From assembly GCA_035554095.1 (NCBI GenBank), contig DATMIX010000043.1, positions 303-64,302 on the forward strand: a stretch of 64,000 nucleotides of DNA. Direction: 5' to 3'. This DNA is from Gaiellaceae bacterium. Its GTDB lineage: Bacteria > Actinomycetota > Thermoleophilia > Gaiellales > Gaiellaceae. Shown here piece after piece: positions 52,749-63,458 of the stretch; position 1 is the first letter of the stretch; each line of letters begins with the position of its first letter. The position numbers and the translations under genes were made by a program. The notes beneath the pieces were generated by a model. It did no database searches. It was not told the DNA's origin and was given only the letters and a program-made list of their open reading frames with translations.

Positions 52749-53408
52749 GCGGCGACCGCCTCCGCGGCGAGCACGGGCCCCTCCACGCAGAGCCGTTTGA
52801 GCTCGCCGTCGATCTCGACCGCGCACCCGTAGCAGGCTCCGTATCCGCACGCCATCGGCGCCTCCCAGGCGAGCTGCGCGGCCGGAATCACGTCGGCGAC
52901 CGCCCTGAGCATCGCTTCCGGGCCGCAGGCCAAGACCTTGCAGCAGTCTGTTGCGAGGTCTCGGAGCGGCTCAGTCACGAGCTTCGGCTCCACGACGACC
53001 TCGGCGTTGTGGACCAGGCGGGCCGCCTCGGCATGCCGCTCGCTGCGGAACCCGAGTAGCGCCGGTGGGTGGCCGAGGGCGTCGGAGAGGTACGGGAGCG
53101 GGGCGACGCCGATGCCGCCCCCGACCAGCAGCGGGCTCTCGATGTCCAGGTCGTAGCCGTTGCCGAGCGGGCCGAGGACGCCCAGCTCGTCCCCGCGCTC
53201 GACCGCGGCAAGGGCGCGCGTGCCGGGGCCGATCGGATCGATCAGGAAGGCGAGCTCACCGGGCGGCGCCAGGCAGACGCTCATCGGTCGCGGCAGCTGC
53301 CTTCCCGGCGCCTCCAGCATGAAGAACTGACCAGGAATGCCCGGTTCGAGCCCGCCGCGACGGATCCGCAGCAGCGTGTACGGGCCGACCGGCTCCGTGC
53401 CGAGGATT

Positions 53409-53428
<20 letters not shown>
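52745..53428 (-). CDS. pyrK: Dihydroorotate dehydrogenase electron-transfer subunit (FAD / 2Fe-2S)
   Basis: Contains PGQFFML, RPMSV, GPLGNG and [10 protein letters not shown]. The C-terminal cluster is [13 protein letters not shown]...LCVEGPV. The GTG at 53428 overlaps the carB 3' end. Confidence 0.85.
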
Positions 53429-56481
<3,053 letters not shown>

Positions 56482-56498
<17 letters not shown>

Positions 56499-57525
56499 CC
56501 GACACCTCCCCCACCCACTCCTCGAGGATCGGCCAGGCGTCGTGCGGCCCTGGCCCGGCCTCGGGATGGAACTGGACCGACCGCGCGCGCAACCAGGGGA
56601 AATCGAGCCCCTCGACCGTGCCGTCGTAGAGCGAGACGTGCGTGACCTCCTTCGCGGCCGACGCCTTGACCGCGAAGCCGTGGTTCTGGCTCGTCACGAG
56701 CACCCGGTCGGAGCGCTTGTCCAGCACGGGGTGGTTGGCGCCCCGGTGGCCGAAGGGCAGCTTGTACGTCTCGTGGCCCGTGGCAAGGGCCAGGAGCTGG
56801 TGGCCGAGGCAGATCCCGAGGATCGGCACGCGGCCGAGCAGAGCCCGCAGCGTGTCGATCTCGTCATGAAGTGGTTCCGGGTCGCCGGGGCCGTTCGAGA
56901 GCAGGATCCCGTCGAAGCCCAGCAGATCCCGGACCCGGGCCAAGTGCGGGAACACCGTCACGGCCGCGCCCGCAGCGGCGAGGCGCGCGAGAATCGACCG
57001 CTTGCACCCGTAGTCGACGACGGCCACGCTCGAGTGGCCGCGGTCCGAGAAGACGTAAGCCCCCTCGGTCGAGACCCGCCCGGCCAGCGGACGCCCGGCC
57101 ATCGCCGGCTGCTCCCGGACGGTGCGGAGCGCCTCCTCGACCGACGCATCGCCGGCGACCGCGATCGCTCGCATCGCGCCGCGGCTCCTGAGGTGAAGCG
57201 TGAGCGTGCGGGTGTCCACCCCCGAGAGCGCGACGACACCCTGCCGATGGAGCCAGTCCGTCCATGCCGGCCCCCGCGCTTCGCGCATGACGACGGCGCG
57301 GGCATGCGCGCTCGCCGACTCGGAGCGGACCGGGTCGACACCGTAGTTGCCGACCATCGGTGCCGTGAAGGTCACGATCTGCTCGGCGAAGCTCGGATCG
57401 GTGACGATCTCCTGGTAACCGGTCATCGCGGTCGTGAAGACGGCCTCGCCGAACGCGAAGCCTTCGGCCCCGACCGACTCGCCGCGAAAGACCGAGCCGT
57501 CCTCGAGCGCGAGGAAGCCTTTCAT
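56482..57525 (-). CDS. carA: Carbamoyl-phosphate synthase small (glutaminase) subunit
   Basis: The N-terminus is [29 protein letters not shown] (catalytic Cys) and SVQFHPEA are present. AAGGAGG lies before ATG 57525. Confidence 0.93.
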
Positions 57526-58091
57526 CGGTCTGCCTCCTTCTTCGAGACCCATTCGCCGTGATCGAGGTAGTGGCGCGCCCGCAGCGCGTTCAGCCGTGCG
57601 AACTCGAGCTCCGGCCGTTGCCGCGACCAGCGCAGTGATTCCTCGACGGCTTCGCGCGTGCGCTCGTCCGAGATCCGGTCGAAGTGCTCGGCCCAGCGCG
57701 GGCTGCGCTCCTGCGCGATGGCCGCGTCGATCACGAACCAGTGCTCCGCCTCGTCCGGCGCCTCGCGCGCGGATTCGGGGTCGACCTCGAGGTTCAGGTC
57801 GAATCGCGGCGGCTGCTGACCTCGCACGTAGACGACCAGCTCGAGCCTGCGCCCCGGCAGCTCCAGGGCTGCGATCCGCTCGATCACTCGGTGCCGCGCC
57901 TCGCCGCGGAGCGGCCGGTCGACCACGACGACGAGATCGAGGTCGCTCTCGCCCGGACGGTAGCCGCCGACGAGGCCGGACCCCAGGACGAAGGAGTCGA
58001 GGACCTCGACGGCTTCGCCGATCGCCTCGACGACGCGGGTGCGATAGGCCTCCGCCGTTTCGTCGAGGTAGGTCTCGGCCACGATGATCAA
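57522..58091 (-). CDS. Nucleotidyltransferase-domain protein (ANT/AadA-like fold) embedded in the pyr operon
   Basis: The minimal NTase motif is LGSGLVGGYRPGESDLDLVVVV, followed by a helical C-terminal part. The TTG at 58091 forms a TTGA overlap with the pyrC stop, and its own stop forms an ATGA overlap with the carA start. Confidence 0.7.
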   Translation of the reverse strand: MIIVAETYLDETAEAYRTRVVEAIGEAVEVLDSFVLGSGLVGGYRPGESDLDLVVVVDRPLRGEARHRVIERIAALELPGRRLELVVYVRGQQPPRFDLNLEVDPESAREAPDEAEHWFVIDAAIAQERSPRWAEHFDRISDERTREAVEESLRWSRQRPELEFARLNALRARHYLDHGEWVSKKEADR

Positions 58092-59386
58092 GCCTCGAAC
58101 GCGACCCTCCCGGCCGCGATCGTCATCACGACGCCGCCCTCGAGGGTCTCGCCGAGCACCCACGAGTTCGCCGAGTGTGAGCGGAAGCCGTTCTCCGTGA
58201 TGCGGCGACTCGCCTTGAGGTCGAGCAAGACGAGGTTCGCGGGAGCGCCGACGGCGACCCGTGGCGCCTCGACCGCGTAGGCGCGAGCCGGGCCCGCGGA
58301 CATCCGCTCGAGCAGCGTCTCCAGCTTCAGCACACCCGGCTTGACGAGGTGGGTGTAGAGCGCCGAGAACGCAGTCTCGAGGCCGGTCACACCGAACGGC
58401 GCGGCCTCGAAGGGGACTTCTTTCTCGTGCCGCGCATGGGGGGCGTGGTCGGTCGCGATCGCCGCGATCGTCCCGTCGCGCAGACCGGCGATCAGCGCCT
58501 GGCGGTCCTCCTCGGCGCGAAGCGGCGGGTTCATCTTCAGGTTCGAGTCGAGCGAACGGACCGCCTCGTCGGTGAGGCAGAGGTGGTGAGGGGTCACCTC
58601 CCCGGTCGCGGCGACTCCCGCGACCTGCGCGCGGGACAGCGCTTCGACCGACTCGCGGGCCGACAGATGCAGCACGTGCGCCGGCCGCCGCTCGTACGCG
58701 GCCAGCGCGAGATCGCGTTCGACCATGAGGCTCTCGGCCACCGACGGGTAGCCGGAGAAACCGAGCTCCGCCGACACCGCCCCTTCGTGCATCTGGCCGC
58801 TCTTCGAGAGCGTCGGCTCCTCACAATGGAGCGCGAGCCGGCGGCCCGTGACGGCGCTGTACTGCAGGGCGCGGCGCATCAGGCCCGGTGAGACGACCGG
58901 CTGCCCGTCGTCGGAGAACCCGGCGGCGCCCGCTTCCGCGAGCTCCGCCATCTCGGTCAGCTCGGAGCCCTCCTGACCCTTCGTGATGGCCGCGAGGAAG
59001 CCGACCGGCACGGCGGCCTGCTCCTGCGCGGCTTCGACCAGCGATCCGAGCACCGCGGCGGAATCGACGACGGGATCGGTGTTCGGCATCGCGAGGATCG
59101 CGCAGTAGCCGCCGGCCGCCGCGGCTGCCGTGCCCGAGGCGATCGTCTCCTCGTCTTCCCGGCCGGGCGTCCGGAGGTGGACGTGCGCATCGACGAACGC
59201 CGGCGTGAGCACGAGGCCTTCGCCGGCGATCACCCGGTGCTCGTTCGTGTCGAGGCTCGTGCCCAGCTCGGCGATCGTGCCCCCGTCGACGCGAACGTCC
59301 ATCACGGCGTCGACGCCCTCGACCGCGTCGACCACCCGCGCGCCGCGAACGACGAGATTCTCGTTTCCCTGCCGGCCGAACAGCAT
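58088..59386 (-). CDS. pyrC: Dihydroorotase
   Basis: Contains FVDAHVHLRTPG, MPNT, LHLS, ATDHAPH and others. The ATG at 59386 shares 1 nt with the pyrB stop. The ORF-track extension to 59740 is rejected. Confidence 0.92.
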   Translation of the reverse strand: MLFGRQGNENLVVRGARVVDAVEGVDAVMDVRVDGGTIAELGTSLDTNEHRVIAGEGLVLTPAFVDAHVHLRTPGREDEETIASGTAAAAAGGYCAILAMPNTDPVVDSAAVLGSLVEAAQEQAAVPVGFLAAITKGQEGSELTEMAELAEAGAAGFSDDGQPVVSPGLMRRALQYSAVTGRRLALHCEEPTLSKSGQMHEGAVSAELGFSGYPSVAESLMVERDLALAAYERRPAHVLHLSARESVEALSRAQVAGVAATGEVTPHHLCLTDEAVRSLDSNLKMNPPLRAEEDRQALIAGLRDGTIAAIATDHAPHARHEKEVPFEAAPFGVTGLETAFSALYTHLVKPGVLKLETLLERMSAGPARAYAVEAPRVAVGAPANLVLLDLKASRRITENGFRSHSANSWVLGETLEGGVVMTIAAGRVAFEA

Positions 59387-60387
59387 CACGCGGCCCCGAT
59401 CTCGTGCAGGGTCGCCGCCTGAACGCCTGCGGGCCCGTGCGTGAGCAGGTCGTAGAGGACCGCCATGCGCACCACGAGGCCGGACCGCACCTGCTGCTCG
59501 ATCAGGGCGTCCGCCGCGTCCGCGACGACGCCGTCGATCTCGACCCCGCGGTTCATCGGCCCTGGATGCATCACCTTCTGTCCGGGCCGGAGCCGGTCCG
59601 GCGTCACGCCCCAGCGGGCGGCGTACTCGCGCAGCGAAGGGACGTAGTTGGCGCCCTCCTGCATTCGCTCCCGCTGCATCCGCAGGACGTAGACGACGTC
59701 CGCGGCCTTGATCGTCTCGATCTCGTGGGAGATCTCGCAACCCATCGCCTCGATCCCACGCGGGATCAGCGGCGGCGGCCCGACGAGCGTCACCCGGGCG
59801 CCCATCAGCGCCAGGGCCTGGATGTTCGAGCGCGCGACGCGCGAGTGGAGGACGTCGCCCACGATCGCCACGTGCAGGCCGTCGACGCGCCCGAGCTCCT
59901 CCTGGATCGTGTAGAGGTCGAGCAGCGCCTGCGTCGGATGCTGGTGCTTCCCGTCGCCGGCGTTGACGATGTGGGCGCCGGTGTGACGGGCCACCAGCTG
60001 CGGCGCCCCGATCTGCGGGTGCCGGATCACGATCACGTCCGGGTCGTAGGCTCCGAGCGTCAGCGCCGTGTCCTTCAGCGATTCGCCCTTGTCCACCGAG
60101 GAGCCGGCGGCCTTGATCGACATCGTGTCCGCCGACAGCCGCTTCGCGGCGAGCTCGAAGCTCGACGAGGTGCGGGTCGAGGATTCGTAGAAAACGTTGA
60201 CGACGGTCTTGCCGCGCAGCGTCGGCAGCTTCTTCACCTCGCGCTCGAGCGAGCGCTCGAAGCTGCGGGCGGTCCCGAGCAGGCGCTCGACGTCGTCGCG
60301 CTCGAGATCGCCGATCGAGATGAGATGCCGCTTCGGCGGCTCCTTCGGCGGGAGCAGGTCCTCCCGCATGACGCGAATCTCAGCCAT
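59386..60387 (-). CDS. pyrB: Aspartate carbamoyltransferase catalytic subunit
   Basis: Contains FYESSTRTSSSFE, HPTQALLD, GD..HSRV and HPGPMNRG. ATG at 60387. The ORF-track extension to 60645 is rejected. Confidence 0.93.
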   Translation of the reverse strand: MAEIRVMREDLLPPKEPPKRHLISIGDLERDDVERLLGTARSFERSLEREVKKLPTLRGKTVVNVFYESSTRTSSSFELAAKRLSADTMSIKAAGSSVDKGESLKDTALTLGAYDPDVIVIRHPQIGAPQLVARHTGAHIVNAGDGKHQHPTQALLDLYTIQEELGRVDGLHVAIVGDVLHSRVARSNIQALALMGARVTLVGPPPLIPRGIEAMGCEISHEIETIKAADVVYVLRMQRERMQEGANYVPSLREYAARWGVTPDRLRPGQKVMHPGPMNRGVEIDGVVADAADALIEQQVRSGLVVRMAVLYDLLTHGPAGVQAATLHEIGAA

Positions 60388-60389
60388 CG

Positions 60390-60971
60390 TCACTTCACCT
60401 CCTCTGCCGGGATCAACAGAACCTGGTCGACCTCGTCGACCTCGTCGAGCTGCACCTGGATGCGCTCGTCGCGATGGGTGGGGAAGTTCTTGCCCACGTA
60501 GTCGGGGCGGATGGGCACCTCGCGGTGCCCGCGGTCGGCGAGGACGGCGAGCTGGACGCGGGCCGGGCGGCCGTAATCGAAGAGGGCCTCGACCGCGGCC
60601 CGGATCGTGCGGCCGGTGTAGAGGACGTCGTCGACGAGCACGCACGTCACCCCGTCGAGCGGGAAGTCGAGCTTCGTGGCGCGGACGAGCGGCTGCGCGT
60701 GCTGCGGCGCCTCGCCGCCGCGAACGTGGACGTCGTCGCGGTAGAAGGTGATGTCGAGCTGGCCGAGCGCGACCTCGGTGTCGGCGAACTCGTGGATCCG
60801 CCGCCGGAGGCGCTGCGCCAGGGGCACGCCACGCGTGTGGATGCCGACGAGCGCGACCTTGTCGAGCTCGGGGTTCGCCTCGATGATCTCATGCGCGATC
60901 CTGGTCAGCGTCCGCTCGACGTCCTCCCGGTCGAGGAGAACCTTCTCGCGCTCGGTGTGCGCCACGCTCAC
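60390..60971 (-). CDS. pyrR: Bifunctional pyrimidine operon regulator / uracil phosphoribosyltransferase PyrR
   Basis: Contains L.R.AHEIIE.N......LVGI.TRGV.LA.RL and the PRPP motif VLVDDVLYTGRTIRAA. The start is GTG 60971 or GTG 60965. GTG 61031 is rejected because it lies inside the RNA hairpin loop. Confidence 0.88.
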   Translation of the reverse strand: MSVAHTEREKVLLDREDVERTLTRIAHEIIEANPELDKVALVGIHTRGVPLAQRLRRRIHEFADTEVALGQLDITFYRDDVHVRGGEAPQHAQPLVRATKLDFPLDGVTCVLVDDVLYTGRTIRAAVEALFDYGRPARVQLAVLADRGHREVPIRPDYVGKNFPTHRDERIQVQLDEVDEVDQVLLIPAEEVK

Positions 60972-61009
60972 GCAGGCAGGCGCAGTCGGGACAGTGCAGG
61001 CAGCGTCAT
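60968..61009 (-). CDS. Candidate 13-codon leader ORF (MTLPALSRLRLPA) coupled to pyrR
   Basis: ATG 61009 lies 5 nt after AAGGAG. The ORF is in a different frame from pyrR. Its TGA (60970-60968) overlaps pyrR GTG 60971 as GTGA. Confidence 0.35.
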   Translation of the reverse strand: MTLPALSRLRLPA

Positions 61010-61014
61010 TCGCA

Positions 61015-61045
61015 CTCCTTTCCGGCCTCACGGGACCGGGTTAAA
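61015..61045 (-). promoter_or_regulatory. Candidate PyrR-binding RNA hairpin abutting the Shine-Dalgarno sequence
   Basis: The minus-strand RNA reads uuuaacCCGGUC-CCGUGA-GGCCGGaaaGGAG. The segment GGUCCCGUGAGGCC resembles the PyrR binding-loop consensus ARUCCAGAGAGGYU. Confidence 0.5.
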
Positions 61046-61127
61046 GGGGTTCGTGGTCGCGCGGAAGCTTAGAGGGTCGAGCGGACGGTGCATACCCCCT
61101 CGGCCGCCGGGTCACTATCCTGCCGCC

Positions 61128-62324
61128 GTGGACCAGCAAGGGCTCGACGGCCTCGCCGATCTCGCGGTCGCGTTCAGCGTCAACATCCAGCCCGGCCAGA
61201 TCGTCTCGATCGAGGCCGAGACCGGGATGGAGCCGATCGTCCGCGCGGTCGCCGAGAAGGCCTACAAGCGCGGGGCGCGGTTCGTCGACCCCGTCTACTT
61301 CGACCCTTACATCAAGCGGGCGCGGGTCGAGCACGCGCCGGAAGAGACGCTGGAGTTCGTGCCCGAGTGGTACGGAAGCCGGATGCTCGCGCTCGGTGAC
61401 GAGCACGCGGCTCGGATCATCTTCGTGCCCCGCGTCTCGCCCGGCGTCCTCAACGGCGTCGACCCGAAGCGCGCCGGCCGCGATCAGCTGCCCGACCTCA
61501 AGGAGCGCCTGGTGATCATCAACAAGCGGCTGATCAACTGGTCGATCCTCCCCTACCCCACCCAGTCCTGGGCCGACCTCGTCTATCCCGACCTCGACGG
61601 CCCCGCCGCGCTCGACAAGCTCACCCAAGAGCTGATGCACGTGTGCCGGCTCGACGAGGCCGACCCGGTCGCGGCTTGGCGCGAGCGCGACCACACGCTG
61701 CACTCGGTCGCCGACCGGCTGACGGAGCGGCGCTTCGACGCCGTCCGCTTCGAGGGCGCCGGAACAGACATGACGATCGGGCTCCTGCCGAGCTCGAAGT
61801 GGGAAGGCGGCTCGACGACGACCGTCGACGGAGTCGAGCACATGCCGAACATCCCGACCGAGGAGGTCTACACGACCCCCGACCCGACCCGGGCCGAGGG
61901 CGTCGTGCGGGCGACGAAGCCGCTCGACGTCGGCGGGACGATCGTGGACGGGCTCACCGTCCGCTTTGAGGGCGGCCGCGCCGTCGACATCCAGGCCGAC
62001 ACGGGCGTCGACGTCCTGCGCGAGCGCGCCGCGCACGACGCGGACGCCTCACGCCTGGGCGAGGTCGCGCTCGTCGACCGCGAGGGTCGCATCGGCCCGC
62101 TCGGAACGACCTTCTACAACACGCTCCTCGACGAGAACGCGGCGAGCCACATCGCGCTCGGCAACGCCTACGAGATCGCGGTGGACGAGGAAGACGTGCC
62201 GAAGATCAACAAGAGCGAGATCCACATCGACTTCATGATCGGCGGCAACGACGTCCAGGTGACGGGCCTGACCCCCGCCGGCGACGTCGTGCCGATCCTC
62301 ACCGACGGCACCTGGCAGATCTAG
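61128..62324 (+). CDS. M29 family aminopeptidase (AmpS/PepS/aminopeptidase T-like)
   Basis: 398 aa with LA.LAV.F.VNIQPGQ.V.I, ...NIPTEEV.T.P and ...EIHIDFMIG. GTG start at 61128. The ORF-track extension to 60474 is rejected. Confidence 0.85.
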   Translation: MDQQGLDGLADLAVAFSVNIQPGQIVSIEAETGMEPIVRAVAEKAYKRGARFVDPVYFDPYIKRARVEHAPEETLEFVPEWYGSRMLALGDEHAARIIFVPRVSPGVLNGVDPKRAGRDQLPDLKERLVIINKRLINWSILPYPTQSWADLVYPDLDGPAALDKLTQELMHVCRLDEADPVAAWRERDHTLHSVADRLTERRFDAVRFEGAGTDMTIGLLPSSKWEGGSTTTVDGVEHMPNIPTEEVYTTPDPTRAEGVVRATKPLDVGGTIVDGLTVRFEGGRAVDIQADTGVDVLRERAAHDADASRLGEVALVDREGRIGPLGTTFYNTLLDENAASHIALGNAYEIAVDEEDVPKINKSEIHIDFMIGGNDVQVTGLTPAGDVVPILTDGTWQI

Positions 62325-62361
62325 GCGCCGCGCGCCCAACCCGTCCCCCGGAGGCATGTTC

Positions 62362-62395
62362 TGGGGTCAGACCCCGGGACGAGTCCCGGTCAGAC
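62362..62395 (+). repeat. 34-nt intergenic repeat, copy 1
   Basis: TGGGGTCAGACCCCGGGACGAGTCCCGGTCAGAC. It contains the inverted repeats GGGTC/GACCC and CCGGGA/TCCCGG. Confidence 0.7.
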
Positions 62396-62453
62396 AAAGC
62401 CCTGCAAACCGCCGCATCCCAGGTGATCCCAGGTACCTGTCCGTGGGTCGATA

Positions 62454-62487
62454 TGGGGTCAGACCCTAGGACATGCCCGGTTTAGAC
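62454..62487 (+). repeat. 34-nt intergenic repeat, copy 2
   Basis: TGGGGTCAGACCCTAGGACATGCCCGGTTTAGAC. The first 13 nt are identical to copy 1, and overall identity is about 80% with one indel. Confidence 0.7.
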
Positions 62488-62503
62488 CGCGCGCGTCGCG
62501 CCG

Positions 62504-63163
62504 CTAGCGGCGCGCGAAGGCGAGCAGATGCTTGACCTCGTAGCGCACCCGGGGCGGCAGCTCCCGCTCCGCCCGCTCGGTGCCGCTTCGGATCTCGGCC
62601 TCGTCGAGCAGATCGAAGGTCGAGATCGCCCGGCCGCGGATGCGCTCGAGCGCGAGCTCGCGCTCGAGCTCTGCCTGCTGGACAAGCCGGACGAGCCGCA
62701 CGCCGCCGAACCCCGCCGCCGCCAGCTCGGTCTCGAGCTGCTCGGGCGAGGGGTGGCGGGCGAGGTCGATCGGCGCGATCGAGGGGAAGAACCGGTTCTG
62801 CCAGTACCGCTGGAAGTGCTCCGGGGCAAAGGTCACGATCGCAAGCCGCCCACCGGGCGCAAGGATGCGCGAGATCTCCGCGAACGCCCGCGGCCGATCG
62901 ACCAGGTGCACGACCGTCCACAGCACGGCGACGTCGAACGACGCCGGCTTGAACGGCAGCTGCTCCGCGCTCCCGAGCTTCAGGCCGACCGACGCGGGCA
63001 CCCGCCGGCGCGCCTCGCCGAGCATCTCGGGCGAGGGGTCGACGCCCCACACCTTCGCGAGGCCGCGCTCGGCCGCCACGCGCGCGAACCTGCCGGTGCC
63101 GCACCCCACGTCCAGGACTCGGGCGCCGCGAACGTCCGCCTCGCGAACGAGGAGGTCGAACAC
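62504..63163 (-). CDS. Class I SAM-dependent methyltransferase
   Basis: Motif I is VLDVGCGTGRF. The protein is Methyltransf_11-like with ...VLWTVVHLV and LAPGGRL. GTG start. Confidence 0.8.
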   Translation of the reverse strand: MFDLLVREADVRGARVLDVGCGTGRFARVAAERGLAKVWGVDPSPEMLGEARRRVPASVGLKLGSAEQLPFKPASFDVAVLWTVVHLVDRPRAFAEISRILAPGGRLAIVTFAPEHFQRYWQNRFFPSIAPIDLARHPSPEQLETELAAAGFGGVRLVRLVQQAELERELALERIRGRAISTFDLLDEAEIRSGTERAERELPPRVRYEVKHLLAFARR

Positions 63164-63224
63164 CTCGAGCCAGCCTGCGTCGACCGGCCGGAGCCGGTCG
63201 TAGTCGGCGGCGCGTGCGCCGAAG

Positions 63225-63458
63225 TCAGGCGTCCGAGACGAGGTCGTCCGGATCGGTCAGCGCCTCGATCGCGTGCTGCGCCGCCTCGAGCGACGACTCC
63301 GGCACGAGCACCTTCTGGGGCGCGTTCTCGGTCTCGCGAGGGTGGTGGTCGACGGCCGTCTCGAGCTCCGAGACGATGCCGGCCTGCTGGAGGATGGTCT
63401 GGAGCTCCTCGGCCTCCGCGACGTCCTCGGCGAGGGCGACCTGAACCATTCGCGTCAC
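63225..63458 (-). CDS. Small acidic protein (DUF2007-like by resemblance)
   Basis: 77 aa. The GTG at 63458 forms a GTGA overlap with the rnz stop, and ATG 63449 is an alternative start. Confidence 0.5.
   Translation of the reverse strand: MTRMVQVALAEDVAEAEELQTILQQAGIVSELETAVDHHPRETENAPQKVLVPESSLEAAQHAIEALTDPDDLVSDA

Noticed and set aside
60390-61031. GTG 61031 as the pyrR start (the ORF-track start).
   Set aside because: This GTG is the GUG inside the conserved hairpin loop CCGUGA. It has no SD and adds 20 non-conserved residues.
62325-62503. A tRNA-like or att-site interpretation of the repeat-rich spacer.
   Set aside because: There is no acceptor or anticodon arm geometry and no integrase nearby. 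It is kept only as an unexplained repeat finding.
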